Notes under the pieces: model-generated
Seen by the model: only the letters and a program-made list of their open reading frames with translations
What the model was told of the DNA's origin: nothing
Database searches by the model: none
Program-made: the position numbers and the translations under genes
Assembly (NCBI GenBank): GCA_031385045.1
Contig: JANNBC010000060.1
Location: 28,502 to 92,501, forward strand
Length of the DNA: 64,000 nt
From: a bacterium
Lineage (GTDB): Bacteria; Bdellovibrionota_C; UBA2361; CALJRW01
Direction: 5' to 3'
Part shown: piece after piece, positions 10,226-20,345 of the stretch
Layout of the letters: each line of letters begins with the position of its first letter
How positions within the stretch are numbered: the stretch's first letter is position 1

Positions 10226-10894
10226 ATGGGACAGAAAGTAAATCCGAAGGGAATTAGACTTGGTATTATTAACACATGGTCTTCTCGTTGGTATTCAGAC
10301 AAGAAAGAATACGGTAAATTTATCGGTGAAGATATTAAAATCCGTAAATATGTCGAAGATAAATTAAGTGCTGCTTCAATTTCTAAAATTGAGATTGAAA
10401 GAGCTGCTGCTCGCCTAAGAGTTATTATTCATTCTGCCAAGCCTGGTTTGGTTATTGGTAAGAAGGGAAAAGATATTGATGATCTACGAACGAAACTACG
10501 TAATTTAGTAAATAGAGAAGTTAGCTTAAACATTGTGGAAACACGTAAGGCTGATTCTAACGCTCAGATTTTATCTGAACACGTTTCTTCTCAAATTAAG
10601 AGACGTATCAATTATCGTCGTGCTGCTAAAGATGCAATTTCTAAAGCCATGAGAATGGGTGCTGAAGGTGTGAAGGTTGCTGTCTCTGGACGATTAAATG
10701 GTGCTGATATTGCCCGTACGGAATTTTATAAAGAAGGAAGAATTCCACTTCATACATTCCGTGCTGATATTGAATATGCAACTGCTCGTTCACAAACTAC
10801 TTACGGTGTAGTTGGTATTAAAGTTTGGGTGTTCAAAGGTGAGAAATTTGCTCCAGGTGAGGAAGTTTCTATGGAAGCAATGCAACAATTATAA
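10226..10894 (+). CDS. rpsC: 30S ribosomal protein S3
   Basis: MGQKVNPKGIRLG, GRLNGADIAR and GRIPLHT. Confidence 0.99.
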   Translation: MGQKVNPKGIRLGIINTWSSRWYSDKKEYGKFIGEDIKIRKYVEDKLSAASISKIEIERAAARLRVIIHSAKPGLVIGKKGKDIDDLRTKLRNLVNREVSLNIVETRKADSNAQILSEHVSSQIKRRINYRRAAKDAISKAMRMGAEGVKVAVSGRLNGADIARTEFYKEGRIPLHTFRADIEYATARSQTTYGVVGIKVWVFKGEKFAPGEEVSMEAMQQL

Positions 10895-10925
10895 TTACAA
10901 GATTACTTAATTAAAGGACTGAGAA

Positions 10926-11351
10926 ATGTTATCTCCAAAAAAAGTTAAATATCGAAAACAGCATAAGCAAGTAAGACATATTCTTCAAAATGCTACTCGT
11001 GGAATTAAATTATCTCACGGTAACTATGGAGTTATGGCTCTTGAGCCAGCTTGGGCAAGTAACCGCGTTCTAGAAGCAGGACGTGTTGCAATTGCTAGAA
11101 CTGCTAAGCGTGGTGGTAAACTTTGGATGAAAGTATTTCCAGATAAGCCATTAACTAGAAAGCCTGCTGAAGTTCGTATGGGTAAAGGTAAGGGTTCTCA
11201 GGAAGCTTGGGTTGCCGAGATTCAAGCTGGTCGTATTGTATACGAACTAACTGGTGTGGATCGTGCAACTGCAATCGAAGCGTATAAATTATGTGCTTCT
11301 AAGATGCCATTTAAGTGCAAATTTGTTGAGTTAAAAGACACTATTTTATAG
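10926..11351 (+). CDS. rplP: 50S ribosomal protein L16
   Basis: [10 protein letters not shown] and [12 protein letters not shown]. Confidence 0.99.
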   Translation: MLSPKKVKYRKQHKQVRHILQNATRGIKLSHGNYGVMALEPAWASNRVLEAGRVAIARTAKRGGKLWMKVFPDKPLTRKPAEVRMGKGKGSQEAWVAEIQAGRIVYELTGVDRATAIEAYKLCASKMPFKCKFVELKDTIL

Positions 11352-11356
11352 TAGGA

Positions 11357-11563
11357 ATGATCATGAAGAAAAAAGAATTTTTAGAAAAAATGGCTGGAAT
11401 GGACTTAGCTGGTTTACACCAAGAGTTACATGCCAAAGCTGATGAGATTTTAAAGTTACGTATTAGACATGCTTCTAATCAATTAGAGACTCCTCATCGT
11501 ATTCGTGCTGAGCGTAAGAATTATGCTCGTATTCTGACTTTAAAGAATAAGCAAAAGAACTAG
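11357..11563 (+). CDS. rpmC: 50S ribosomal protein L29
   Basis: LRIRHASNQLETPHRIR..ARILT; lies between rplP and rpsQ. Confidence 0.95.
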   Translation: MIMKKKEFLEKMAGMDLAGLHQELHAKADEILKLRIRHASNQLETPHRIRAERKNYARILTLKNKQKN

Positions 11564-11589
11564 GAAGGCATTAAGATAATTATAGAGAT

Positions 11590-11862
11590 ATGAATATGGA
11601 AACTAAAACAGCAGTTAAAAAGTTTAAACAAGGGCACGTAGTTAGCAACAAGATGGAAAAAACAGTTGTTGTCGCTATCGTAACTAAAGTTAAAGACAAA
11701 AGCTATGGTAAGTATGTTAAAAAAACTCACAAGTTTTTTGCTCATGATGCCAAGAACGTTTGTCAGATTGGTGATATCGTTGAGATTATGGAAACTCGTC
11801 CGATGAGCAAAAATAAGAACTGGATTGTTTCTAAGATTGTTGCCAAGTCGATTGCTGAATAA
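11590..11862 (+). CDS. rpsQ: 30S ribosomal protein S17
   Basis: GHVVSNKMEKTVVV, AHD and ETRPMSK. Confidence 0.98.
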   Translation: MNMETKTAVKKFKQGHVVSNKMEKTVVVAIVTKVKDKSYGKYVKKTHKFFAHDAKNVCQIGDIVEIMETRPMSKNKNWIVSKIVAKSIAE

Positions 11863-11895
11863 TTTGGCTGAATAATTTAATTTAAAGATAAAAAA

Positions 11896-12270
11896 ATGAT
11901 CATTCCAAAAAGTAGATTAACAGTAGCTGATAACTCTGGAGCTAAGAAATTAGTTTGTATCGGTATTCCTGGTAGTACTAAAAAGAGATGTGCAACAATT
12001 GGTGATATCATCCGAGTCGCTGTGAAAGAAGCTTCTCCAACTTCCAGTATCAAAAAAGGTGATGTTAAAAGAGCAGTTATCGTTAGAACTAAAAAAGCAG
12101 TTCGTCGTAAGGACGGGTCTTATTTAAGATTCGATGAGAATAGCGCTGTTATTTTAAATAGTGACAAAGATAAAGACCCAATGGGAACTCGTATTTTCGG
12201 ACCTGTTGCTCGTGAATTAAGAGCATTAGGATTTATGAAGATCGTGTCTTTGGCTCCAGAAGTTTTATAG
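11896..12270 (+). CDS. rplN: 50S ribosomal protein L14
   Basis: [20 protein letters not shown] and SLAPEVL. Confidence 0.99.
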   Translation: MIIPKSRLTVADNSGAKKLVCIGIPGSTKKRCATIGDIIRVAVKEASPTSSIKKGDVKRAVIVRTKKAVRRKDGSYLRFDENSAVILNSDKDKDPMGTRIFGPVARELRALGFMKIVSLAPEVL

Positions 12271-12285
12271 TTTAAGTAGGTTAAT

Positions 12286-12693
12286 ATGCCAGCTAAGAAA
12301 ATACACAAAAAATTAAGAAGCAATGTCCCAGCTCCTAGCCGTGCAATCAGCACGAAGTTAAAAGTTGGTGATTTAGTAATGGTTATTGCCGGTGGTAATT
12401 CTGAGAAGAGAGCCAATGTCGGTAAAACTGGAAGAATCAAGAGCTTTGGCGGATTTAACCGTGAGCGTGTGATTGTTGAAGGACTTAACTTATTTACTAA
12501 ACATAAGCGTCAAACTTCCATGCAAGATAAAGCAGGGAAGATCATGATTGAAGCTCCAATTCATATCTCTAACGTAATGTATTATGTTGAGAAAATTGCG
12601 GCTCCAGTAAAGCTTAAGACAAAAGTCTTAGCTGATGGTAAGAAAGTTCGTGGCTACAACAGCCCGAAAGACAATGAATTTGTCCAAATTTAA
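12286..12693 (+). CDS. rplX: 50S ribosomal protein L24 with an N-terminal extension
   Basis: KOW motif [18 protein letters not shown] and EAPIHISNV. Confidence 0.96.
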   Translation: MPAKKIHKKLRSNVPAPSRAISTKLKVGDLVMVIAGGNSEKRANVGKTGRIKSFGGFNRERVIVEGLNLFTKHKRQTSMQDKAGKIMIEAPIHISNVMYYVEKIAAPVKLKTKVLADGKKVRGYNSPKDNEFVQI

Positions 12694-12713
12694 GCAGTAT
12701 ATATTATAAAGTC

Positions 12714-13268
12714 ATGTCTACTATAAAGAAAAAATATATTGAAGAAGTTGCTCCGGCACTTAAAGAACAGTTTAAGTACAAATCTGTTATGCAAATTCCA
12801 AAGTTGCAGAAGATTGTTCTTAACGCTGGTGTTGGTGAAGCTGCAATGAACAGTAAAGCTATTGAGAACGTTGTTTATGCGATGACTCAGATTGCTGCTC
12901 AAAAGCCAATCGTTACTAAAGCGAAAAAATCAATTTCTAACTTCAAGCTTCGTCAAGGGATGCCAATTGGTTGTGCAGTAACTCTACGTGGAAAGGGTAT
13001 GTATGATTTTCTTGAGCGTTTAATTGTTGTTGCTTTACCTCGAGTTCGTGACTTTCGTGGTGTTCCAACACGCGGATTTGATGGAAGAGGGAATTACACA
13101 ATGGGAATGAAAGAACAAACAGTATTCCCTGAAGTTGATTCAGATAAATTAGATAAAATTCGTGGACTTGATGTCACTTTTGTTACTACTGCTAGTACTA
13201 ATGAAGAAGCACAGGCCTTACTTGCCAATTTAGGCTTACCGTTTAGAAAAGATAAAATTAACAACTAG
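12714..13268 (+). CDS. rplE: 50S ribosomal protein L5
   Basis: [18 protein letters not shown] and [10 protein letters not shown]. Confidence 0.99.
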   Translation: MSTIKKKYIEEVAPALKEQFKYKSVMQIPKLQKIVLNAGVGEAAMNSKAIENVVYAMTQIAAQKPIVTKAKKSISNFKLRQGMPIGCAVTLRGKGMYDFLERLIVVALPRVRDFRGVPTRGFDGRGNYTMGMKEQTVFPEVDSDKLDKIRGLDVTFVTTASTNEEAQALLANLGLPFRKDKINN

Positions 13269-13276
13269 GAGTTTTC

Positions 13277-13462
13277 GTGGCTAAAAAATCATTAATTAAT
13301 AAATGTAACAGCAAACCTAAGTTTGAAGTTCAAGCTTATAATCGTTGCCAGGCATGTGGTCGTTCTCGCGCAGTACTAAGACATTTTAAACTTTGTCGTA
13401 TTTGCTTTAGAGAAATGGCCTGCCAAGGACTGTTACCAGGAGTAACTAAGTCTAGTTGGTAA
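13277..13462 (+). CDS. rpsN: 30S ribosomal protein S14, zinc-binding (type Z) form (GTG start)
   Basis: 61 aa; CQAC..CRIC and LPGVTKSSW. Confidence 0.98.
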   Translation: MAKKSLINKCNSKPKFEVQAYNRCQACGRSRAVLRHFKLCRICFREMACQGLLPGVTKSSW

Positions 13463-13553
13463 ACAACTAACATGACAACTTAGGAGTTAGTGATTCCTAA
13501 GAATGTTTAAGAATTAACTTTAAAAATCACTAGCAAGAGTTTGGAGAGACAAA

Positions 13554-13952
13554 ATGATTAACGATACAATTGCAGATTTATTAACAAGAATCAGAAATGC
13601 TCAGATGGCTAAGCATGAGACAGTGTTAGTTCCTGCTACAAAAATGAGCAAGAATGTTTTGGACGTACTAGTCGCCGAAGGATTTATTGGTAATGTGGAA
13701 GAAAGACAAGGTGATAATGGCTTCCCAAAGTACCATGTTCAATTAAAGTTTTATGCTGATGGAGAGCCTTTAATCAACTCTCTAAAAAGAGTTAGCAAGC
13801 CTGGTTGCCGTGTTTACAAACGCGTTCAAGATTTGGAAAAAATCAAGAGTGGTATGGGCGTAGCAATTATCAGTACTTCTCAAGGTGTTTTCTCTGATCG
13901 TGAAGCGCGATTAAGAAATATCGGTGGTGAAATTTTAGCAATCATTGGATAG
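13554..13952 (+). CDS. rpsH: 30S ribosomal protein S8
   Basis: DTIADLLTRIRNA, RVSKPG and ISTSQG. Confidence 0.99.
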   Translation: MINDTIADLLTRIRNAQMAKHETVLVPATKMSKNVLDVLVAEGFIGNVEERQGDNGFPKYHVQLKFYADGEPLINSLKRVSKPGCRVYKRVQDLEKIKSGMGVAIISTSQGVFSDREARLRNIGGEILAIIG

Positions 13953-13956
13953 TAGA

Positions 13957-14511
13957 ATGTCTAGAATCGGAAAAAAACCAATTAATTTACCTGCTAAAGT
14001 TGACATCGTCATCAGCGGGAACACAGTTACAGTTAAAGGTCCAAGAGGAAGCTTAGATTGTTCATTGTCTCAGAACGTTGAAGTTCAGAAACAAGAGAAT
14101 CAAGTTGTTTTTGGTTTAACTAAGTCATGCAATCCTAACAGCCCTCAAGTAAAAGCTGATTTTGGAACAAGCCGTGCATTAGTTAATACTTGCATCGTTG
14201 GTGTTACTGAAGGCTGGAAAAGAGGCTTGGAACTTCAAGGTGTTGGATTTAACGCCAAGCTAGCTGGTAAAGAGTTAACTCTTTCTGTTGGTTATTCTCA
14301 CCCAGTAGTTTTTACTGTTCCAGAAGGTGTTACTTGTACAATTGATAAGAATACTTCAATTTTTTTAGAGTCAAATAACAAACAACTAGTTGGTAACTTT
14401 GCTTCTAAAATTAGAAAATCTTGTCCACCTGAGCCGTACCTTGGTAAAGGTATTAGATATGCAGGTGAGCAAGTAAGAAGAAAAGCTGGTAAAACAGGTG
14501 GTAAAAAATAA
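13957..14511 (+). CDS. rplF: 50S ribosomal protein L6
   Basis: MSRIGKKP (ATG 13957 preferred) and PPEPYLGKGIRY. Confidence 0.98.
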   Translation: MSRIGKKPINLPAKVDIVISGNTVTVKGPRGSLDCSLSQNVEVQKQENQVVFGLTKSCNPNSPQVKADFGTSRALVNTCIVGVTEGWKRGLELQGVGFNAKLAGKELTLSVGYSHPVVFTVPEGVTCTIDKNTSIFLESNNKQLVGNFASKIRKSCPPEPYLGKGIRYAGEQVRRKAGKTGGKK

Positions 14512-14541
14512 GTATTAATAAGTTAAATAGAAAGGATCGTC

Positions 14542-14913
14542 ATGGGACTTAAAGAGATTAAACAAAGAGAAGTAAGAAGAACTAGAAGTAAGTATAAGAT
14601 TCGAAAAAAGGTTAATGGCACAGAAGCTAAGCCTCGTGTATCGATCTTTAAAAGCTCACTCCATACTTATGCCCAAGTTATTTCTGATGTATCAGGTTGC
14701 ACTTTAGTTGCTGCTTCTACAAAGGATAAAGATTTTCAAGCTACTGCAAGCACTAAAAGTGTTGATTCTGCTAAGCTAGTAGGGGAACTACTTGCGAAGA
14801 GAATGCAGGCAAAGGGGATTGATAGTGCAGTATTTGACCGTAATGGTTTTAAATATGTTGGACGAGTTAAGGCGGTAGCTGAAGGACTTCGTTCTGCTGG
14901 ATTCAAGATTTAA
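14542..14913 (+). CDS. rplR: 50S ribosomal protein L18
   Basis: PRVSIFKS, YAQVI and FDRNGFKYVGRVKA. Confidence 0.98.
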   Translation: MGLKEIKQREVRRTRSKYKIRKKVNGTEAKPRVSIFKSSLHTYAQVISDVSGCTLVAASTKDKDFQATASTKSVDSAKLVGELLAKRMQAKGIDSAVFDRNGFKYVGRVKAVAEGLRSAGFKI

Positions 14914-14925
14914 TTAAATATACCA

Positions 14926-15462
14926 ATGAAAACTAAAGAAAAAATTTCTAGAAAGAAAATTAGCACTGCAGACTGTGGTGAGTTAACTGATAAAACTGTT
15001 GCCGTTAATCGTGTCGCTAAAGTAGTAAAAGGTGGACGTCGTTTTAGTTTTAATGCACTAGTAGTTACTGGTGATGGTCAAGGTCATGTAGGATTTGGAA
15101 CTGGAAAAGCTCAGGAAGTTCCTGATGCAATTCGTAAGGCTTCAGAAGCTGCTCGTAAGAATATTGTTAAAGTGCCAATGCACGGTAGCACTATACCTCA
15201 TGAAGTAATTGCTGAGTTTGGACCTGCTTATGTAATCTTAAAGCCTGCTTCTCCTGGTACAGGGGTAATTGCTGGTTCGGTAGTTCGAGCTGTGGCTGAA
15301 GCTGCTGGGATTCATGATATTCGTACTAAGTGTATTGGATCAACAAGTGCTAACAACACAATCATGGCAGTATTAAGTGGTTTCTTAAGTCTTAGAAGCC
15401 CAGAAGAAACTGCGTCTCTTCGTGGAAAAACTCTAGAAGATTTACATTACAGCGCTTACTAA
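14926..15462 (+). CDS. rpsE: 30S ribosomal protein S5
   Basis: [16 protein letters not shown] and [11 protein letters not shown]. Confidence 0.99.
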   Translation: MKTKEKISRKKISTADCGELTDKTVAVNRVAKVVKGGRRFSFNALVVTGDGQGHVGFGTGKAQEVPDAIRKASEAARKNIVKVPMHGSTIPHEVIAEFGPAYVILKPASPGTGVIAGSVVRAVAEAAGIHDIRTKCIGSTSANNTIMAVLSGFLSLRSPEETASLRGKTLEDLHYSAY

Positions 15463-15492
15463 TAAGCATTATTTTTTATATTGGATCAGAAG

Positions 15493-15687
15493 ATGGCTAG
15501 TAAATATTTAATTCGTCAAGTCCGTAGCAATAGCGGTCAGACTAAAAGAACAATCGCTACTTTAAAGAGTATTGGTCTTGGTAGAATCGGCAAAGAAATT
15601 GTTCTTAGCGCGGAAGACCCATGTATACTTGGTAAGATTACTAAGCTTAAGCATTTAGTATATGTTACTGACTCTAAAGAGGCATAA
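15493..15687 (+). CDS. rpmD: 50S ribosomal protein L30
   Basis: IRQVRS..TLKSIGLGRIG..GKITKLKHLV; synteny; ATG 15493 preferred. Confidence 0.93.
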   Translation: MASKYLIRQVRSNSGQTKRTIATLKSIGLGRIGKEIVLSAEDPCILGKITKLKHLVYVTDSKEA

Positions 15688-15727
15688 ACAATAATAGATA
15701 ATAAATATAATTCCTTAGGTAAATAAA

Positions 15728-16201
15728 ATGTCAGAAAATATACAACTTTCAAATTTAGCTCCAAATCCAGGTTCAGTTAAGCCAAGAACTCGTAAGGGTC
15801 GTGGTATCGGTTCTGGAACTGGTAAAACTGCTGGTAAAGGACACAAAGGTCAAAAAGCTCGTGCTGGTGGAAGTATCCCAGCTTGGTTTGAAGGGGGAGC
15901 AATGCCTCTTTACCGTCGCTTACCAAAAGTCGGTTTTACTTCTATCCAAAAAGTTACTGGAGTTAACCGTTACAACCTAGTAAACTTAGATGTTTTAGAT
16001 CGTCACTTTGCTGATGGTGCAGTTGTTGATGCTGAAGCTCTTTTTGCTGTAGGTTATGCCACTAAAAATTTCAACAAAGCTGGTGTTAAAGTATTAGCTA
16101 ATGGCGAAATCACTAAAAAGTTAACTGTAAAAGTTACAGCTATTTCAGAAGAAGCTAAAGCTAAAATTGAAAAAGCTGGTGGGACTGTTGAGCTAGTATA
16201 G
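15728..16201 (+). CDS. rplO: 50S ribosomal protein L15
   Basis: GRGIGSGTGKTAGKGHKGQKAR and FEGGAMPLYRRLPK. Confidence 0.99.
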   Translation: MSENIQLSNLAPNPGSVKPRTRKGRGIGSGTGKTAGKGHKGQKARAGGSIPAWFEGGAMPLYRRLPKVGFTSIQKVTGVNRYNLVNLDVLDRHFADGAVVDAEALFAVGYATKNFNKAGVKVLANGEITKKLTVKVTAISEEAKAKIEKAGGTVELV

Positions 16202-16220
16202 TTTCAATCGTTCTAATGAG

Positions 16221-16262
16221 AGCCTCTGTTGATTCGAATTTGAATTAACAGGGGCTTTTTTT
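16221..16262 (+). terminator. Rho-independent terminator after rplO
   Basis: AGCCTCTGTTGATTC-gaattt-GAATTAACAGGGGCT followed by a T-tract. Confidence 0.85.
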
Positions 16263-16340
16263 GTGCATTTTGTAGTGATCAATTTGCTTAATTAGTGTTA
16301 TAAAGTTTAGGCATAAACTTTGTTGTAGTCATGTTTTATT

Positions 16341-17474
16341 ATGCGGCCATCTGTTGTTCATCCTTCCCAAGTTTCAAAATTACCAGAATTACCCACGACA
16401 AGTTATTTAAGTACAGTAACATTGTTAGCGGCGTTATGTTGTTGCCACAGAGCAGAAATTAGAAAAATTAAAGATAAGCCACGGCGCTTTGCAAGCTTGA
16501 AAGGCTTAAAGAAAATTTCTCCTGAAGTAAAAAGCAAATGGCGACTTGCGGAACATTCTAAGGGCGATTTTAAAAGTGCTTGTAAGTTTCGGAAGTCAAC
16601 AATTACAGAGCGTCCGGCACGTGTTGTGGGAGAGGTAAATTTACATGAGTATGTTGCTCCTCTTCTTTCTCTTAGTAGAGATTCACAATTTAATGGTTGT
16701 CGCATTTTACAGTTAAGTGACATCCATTTACAGTTAAAAGAAAGAAGATCTTTAGATCAGTTAGTGGCAATTGCCAGAGAATTACCAAAACTAAAAATTG
16801 ATTTTTTAGCGATCACTGGAGATTTAGCAGATAGTCAGAAGCATGATTTAGGCGAGGAAGCTTTAGCGGCACTGAGTTTACTAAGACAAAATGTGCCTCG
16901 GGCATTTTTTGTATGCGGGAATCATGATTATGATGTGGGTATTGAGCATGTTCTAAGTGTTGTTAAGCGAGCAGATATCGAAGTTTTAATTAACCAAGAA
17001 GTGATTTTAGAGCGAGGAGCAGATCGTTTAGAAATTATAGGTCTTGATGATGTCTATCATCAACTTAGAAAGGATTCCCATTTTTTTAGGAAGGGTAATA
17101 TTAGTCAAAAAAGCCTAATTAATGATTATCCGACTGTTGTTTTAGCACATTCAATTGACTCATTGTCTGATGCTGATTATCCTGATTTCGATTTGATTTT
17201 AAGCGGACATACTCATGGATTAATGCTTAAAGGGTTACCGTTTCGTAAAGAGTATTTAAAATTTCATCCCGGTGAGAAATTACTTTATGATCATAATAAT
17301 CAACATTCAGGTTGGAAGGCATTAACTCCCAGGACTCTTTCCTTTGTATCTAATGGCTTCACCGATACGCATCGGCGTGGTATTAAAAAGGGGCATCCCT
17401 TTATGCAAGCCTCAGAAGCTACAATTATTGAGCTTAGGTCGTATCAAGAGTTTATTGAAGATCGGGAATCATAG
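16341..17474 (+). CDS. Calcineurin-like metallophosphoesterase (YkuE-like) with a basic N-terminal extension
   Basis: LSDIH, TGD, GNHD, LAH and SGHTHG motifs; start codon uncertain. Confidence 0.85.
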   Translation: MRPSVVHPSQVSKLPELPTTSYLSTVTLLAALCCCHRAEIRKIKDKPRRFASLKGLKKISPEVKSKWRLAEHSKGDFKSACKFRKSTITERPARVVGEVNLHEYVAPLLSLSRDSQFNGCRILQLSDIHLQLKERRSLDQLVAIARELPKLKIDFLAITGDLADSQKHDLGEEALAALSLLRQNVPRAFFVCGNHDYDVGIEHVLSVVKRADIEVLINQEVILERGADRLEIIGLDDVYHQLRKDSHFFRKGNISQKSLINDYPTVVLAHSIDSLSDADYPDFDLILSGHTHGLMLKGLPFRKEYLKFHPGEKLLYDHNNQHSGWKALTPRTLSFVSNGFTDTHRRGIKKGHPFMQASEATIIELRSYQEFIEDRES

Positions 17475-17517
17475 TCATTCATTAAACCGAATTTAGTTTA
17501 GGGTATGTTTTCGTCCC

Positions 17518-18165
17518 ATGAAAATTGTCTTAATCAGCGATACTCACAATCAACACTTAAAGCTTTTGGAGTTACCATTAGCAGATCTAATTATCCACGC
17601 CGGTGATGCAACTGGACTGGGTAAGAAAAATGAGTTTACTCAGTTTCTGAGTTGGTATGGAAGCTTACCTTATGCTCATAAGATTTTAATTGCAGGTAAT
17701 CATGATTGGTGTCTGGATCCAAATTATTCGGGTGATTTAACTTGGGAAGAGGCAGAGTTGCTTTGCGACCAAGCAGGAGTTGTTTATTTGCGAGATCGAG
17801 CAATAGAAATTGAAGGAAAAATTTTCTATGGCACTCCTTGGCAACCATATTTTTTTAATTGGGCATTTAATATTAAGAGTGCTGAGCAACGTGCCAAGAT
17901 TTATGATCAAATCCCAGCAAATACAGATATTTTAATAACTCACACTCCCCCAGCAGGAATCCTAGATCAAAATAAATATGGTATACCTTGTGGATGTGAG
18001 GCGCTTTTAGCTGCTGTTAGAAAGCTTAGACCTCAAATTCATATCTTTGGTCATATACATGAGGCCTACGGTCAAAAAGTAATCGGAAGTACTACTTTTA
18101 TTAATGCGGCTAATCTTGATGAATGTTATCGTTATGTTAATCCACCGATACTAATTACTTTGTAG
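17518..18165 (+). CDS. Metallophosphoesterase (MPPED/239FB-like)
   Basis: ISDTH, IHAGD, IAGNHD, THTPP and FGHIHE. Confidence 0.9.
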   Translation: MKIVLISDTHNQHLKLLELPLADLIIHAGDATGLGKKNEFTQFLSWYGSLPYAHKILIAGNHDWCLDPNYSGDLTWEEAELLCDQAGVVYLRDRAIEIEGKIFYGTPWQPYFFNWAFNIKSAEQRAKIYDQIPANTDILITHTPPAGILDQNKYGIPCGCEALLAAVRKLRPQIHIFGHIHEAYGQKVIGSTTFINAANLDECYRYVNPPILITL

Positions 18166-18209
18166 GCTTAGTCTTAATCTTTACACAGAAATTTAATTTA
18201 GAAAGTAAC

Positions 18210-19754
18210 ATGCCTCTTCGTTTACAAAATTTTTTTGCTTCTTTAATAATTATCTTTTTTGCCTTTCTCTTAATCTTCCGTAATGCCTATCATGCCTCGC
18301 ATATTGAAACCTTTCCCGATGCGGTGGAGTACGTTTCCATGGCAATTAATTATCTAAATCAAGGCACCTTTCAGATTGATGTTAATGGGCAGTTTTATCC
18401 CTCACGCTATGCACCTTGGTTTTCATTAACTGTGCTTACCCCGGCGCTAATTTTCTTTGGTATCGAAGCAGGAAATGCCATTTATGGCGTATTGTTTGTT
18501 AATATTCTTGGGATGCTTTTGGGATATTTATTACTGAGTAGGGTGCTTCCACCACTTGCAGCGCTAGCTGGAACTCTAGCACTATTTTTAATCCCAGATT
18601 TTACTCGCAATGCTCAATTCATTATGAATGATGCTCCTTCGGCCTTAGTTTTTTTGATCTGTTTTTATGTTTTTCTTAAAAATCAAAAACTTGTTTGGAA
18701 TAATCGTCTGGAAGTAATTCTTATTGGTTCATTGATTGCACTAGCAACGCTTTGGAGAATTACTAATATTTTTTTAATACTGCCATTCCTATTTTTAATG
18801 GACCAAGATTTTAGAAAAAAATTATCAGCAAAGCTTTTATTTTTGACACCACTGGCCTTTGCCTTAGTTCTAAATTTTTGTGAAAATTATCTCATGTTTG
18901 GGAGCTTTTTTAGAAATGGCTATAATTACTGGACCAGCATTCCTTACGATTACCCAAGTCTTACATTTAACTGGAGCAATCTGATTACTAATCTAGCCAA
19001 GTTAAGTGAGAACCAAAGTTACCTAGTTATTGTAGGGGTATTTTTAGCCTCTTTAATTGTTCACTATCTAAAAGGACGAGATGCGATTAAGCCACTGCTC
19101 AGCTTTCTATTGCTTGTAGCAATGCCAGTTTTAATTTTTTACTTATTATATTTTTATTTTGATTATCGCTTTTTTCTACCAGTGATCCTAGTGATGTTTG
19201 GTAGTATTGTTTGGACGCTTCGTTATTATCCACCAATTATCCATAAGCTAATCCTATTAGCTATTCTTGTTGGGATCTATTTACAGATGAATACCATTGC
19301 CTTGCGCCATGAATTTCCATTATACCGAAAGAACATTGACTCCTTAAAGCTTAATACTGAGCTTGGCTCGACAGTGCTGACAAATATTAATCTTCCATAT
19401 CTCAAATTATATTTTCCAAACTTGGAACGAAAATTTATTCCGATTAGTCGCCGTGCTGAGTATGCCTCAAAGGTAATTATGACTCGTAAGAACGAAGATC
19501 TACTTGTTAGTGAAATTAAAGATCCATTCCAACACCGTCATCCAAAGTTATTAGCAATGGGGATTGATCCAATTGGATATACTTTTTTAGAAGATCCGAA
19601 AAAATTACTTAAAGATTTGCCTGATCAGAAAATATACTTAGATTTGTATTCTTTTCCAGAAATGATTGCGCAAGATTACTACCAACAAGTAAGCAAGTAT
19701 TGTGATTTGGTTATGGTTAGCCCGGGAATTTTTAGACTACAAATTAGAAATTAG
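18210..19754 (+). CDS. Polytopic membrane protein, probable GT-C (ArnT/PMT-like) glycosyltransferase
   Basis: N-terminal TM, then PDAVEY..YPSRYAP loop, many hydrophobic segments, YRFFLP and a soluble C-terminal tail. Confidence 0.6.
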   Translation: MPLRLQNFFASLIIIFFAFLLIFRNAYHASHIETFPDAVEYVSMAINYLNQGTFQIDVNGQFYPSRYAPWFSLTVLTPALIFFGIEAGNAIYGVLFVNILGMLLGYLLLSRVLPPLAALAGTLALFLIPDFTRNAQFIMNDAPSALVFLICFYVFLKNQKLVWNNRLEVILIGSLIALATLWRITNIFLILPFLFLMDQDFRKKLSAKLLFLTPLAFALVLNFCENYLMFGSFFRNGYNYWTSIPYDYPSLTFNWSNLITNLAKLSENQSYLVIVGVFLASLIVHYLKGRDAIKPLLSFLLLVAMPVLIFYLLYFYFDYRFFLPVILVMFGSIVWTLRYYPPIIHKLILLAILVGIYLQMNTIALRHEFPLYRKNIDSLKLNTELGSTVLTNINLPYLKLYFPNLERKFIPISRRAEYASKVIMTRKNEDLLVSEIKDPFQHRHPKLLAMGIDPIGYTFLEDPKKLLKDLPDQKIYLDLYSFPEMIAQDYYQQVSKYCDLVMVSPGIFRLQIRN

Positions 19755-20345
19755 GTAGGGAAGCTCCTGTCGCTTCTTGGCAATTAATTTTTCATTATCA
19801 AGTAGTCCCTTTGTTTGATCCCAATTGCCAGTTGTGAATGCTGACTGTAGTCCTGGATCTAACAAGTAAGGATAGGCCTGCCCAGCAACAATTAATTTGC
19901 CCGCAGTTAAATCTAAGCTAATTTGAGTTTCTGTTTTAGCTGCAATTATTGTTTGAATTTCTTCCGCGATTTGTGGAGTGACTGTTAGGCAAGGCAGTCC
20001 AATCGAATAGCAATTAGAGAAGAATATTTCTGAAAATGAAATTCCAATAATACAATCAATCCCCCAACGTTTAATTCCTTGTGGGGCATGTTCCCTAGAA
20101 GAACCGCAGCCAAAGTTGGAATTTACAATTAGAAAATTTGCTCCTTGAAAAAGTGGGGCAACAAAGGGATGGGCGAATCCCTTTTTCTCAGCAGCAATAA
20201 TTTCATCGGCAAAAACATATTTCCCAAGATTAGAAAATGTTAGTTCTTTTAGATATCTTGCTGGCATAATCCGATCCGTATCAATATCATCTCCAATTAG
20301 AGGTAGGCCACGTCCGGAAATTTGATTAACGATTAAGCTGCTCAT
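19737..20345 (-). CDS. leuD: 3-isopropylmalate dehydratase small subunit
   Basis: DDIDTDRIMPARYL and NFGCGSSREHAP. Confidence 0.95.
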   Translation of the reverse strand: MSSLIVNQISGRGLPLIGDDIDTDRIMPARYLKELTFSNLGKYVFADEIIAAEKKGFAHPFVAPLFQGANFLIVNSNFGCGSSREHAPQGIKRWGIDCIIGISFSEIFFSNCYSIGLPCLTVTPQIAEEIQTIIAAKTETQISLDLTAGKLIVAGQAYPYLLDPGLQSAFTTGNWDQTKGLLDNEKLIAKKRQELPYLISNL

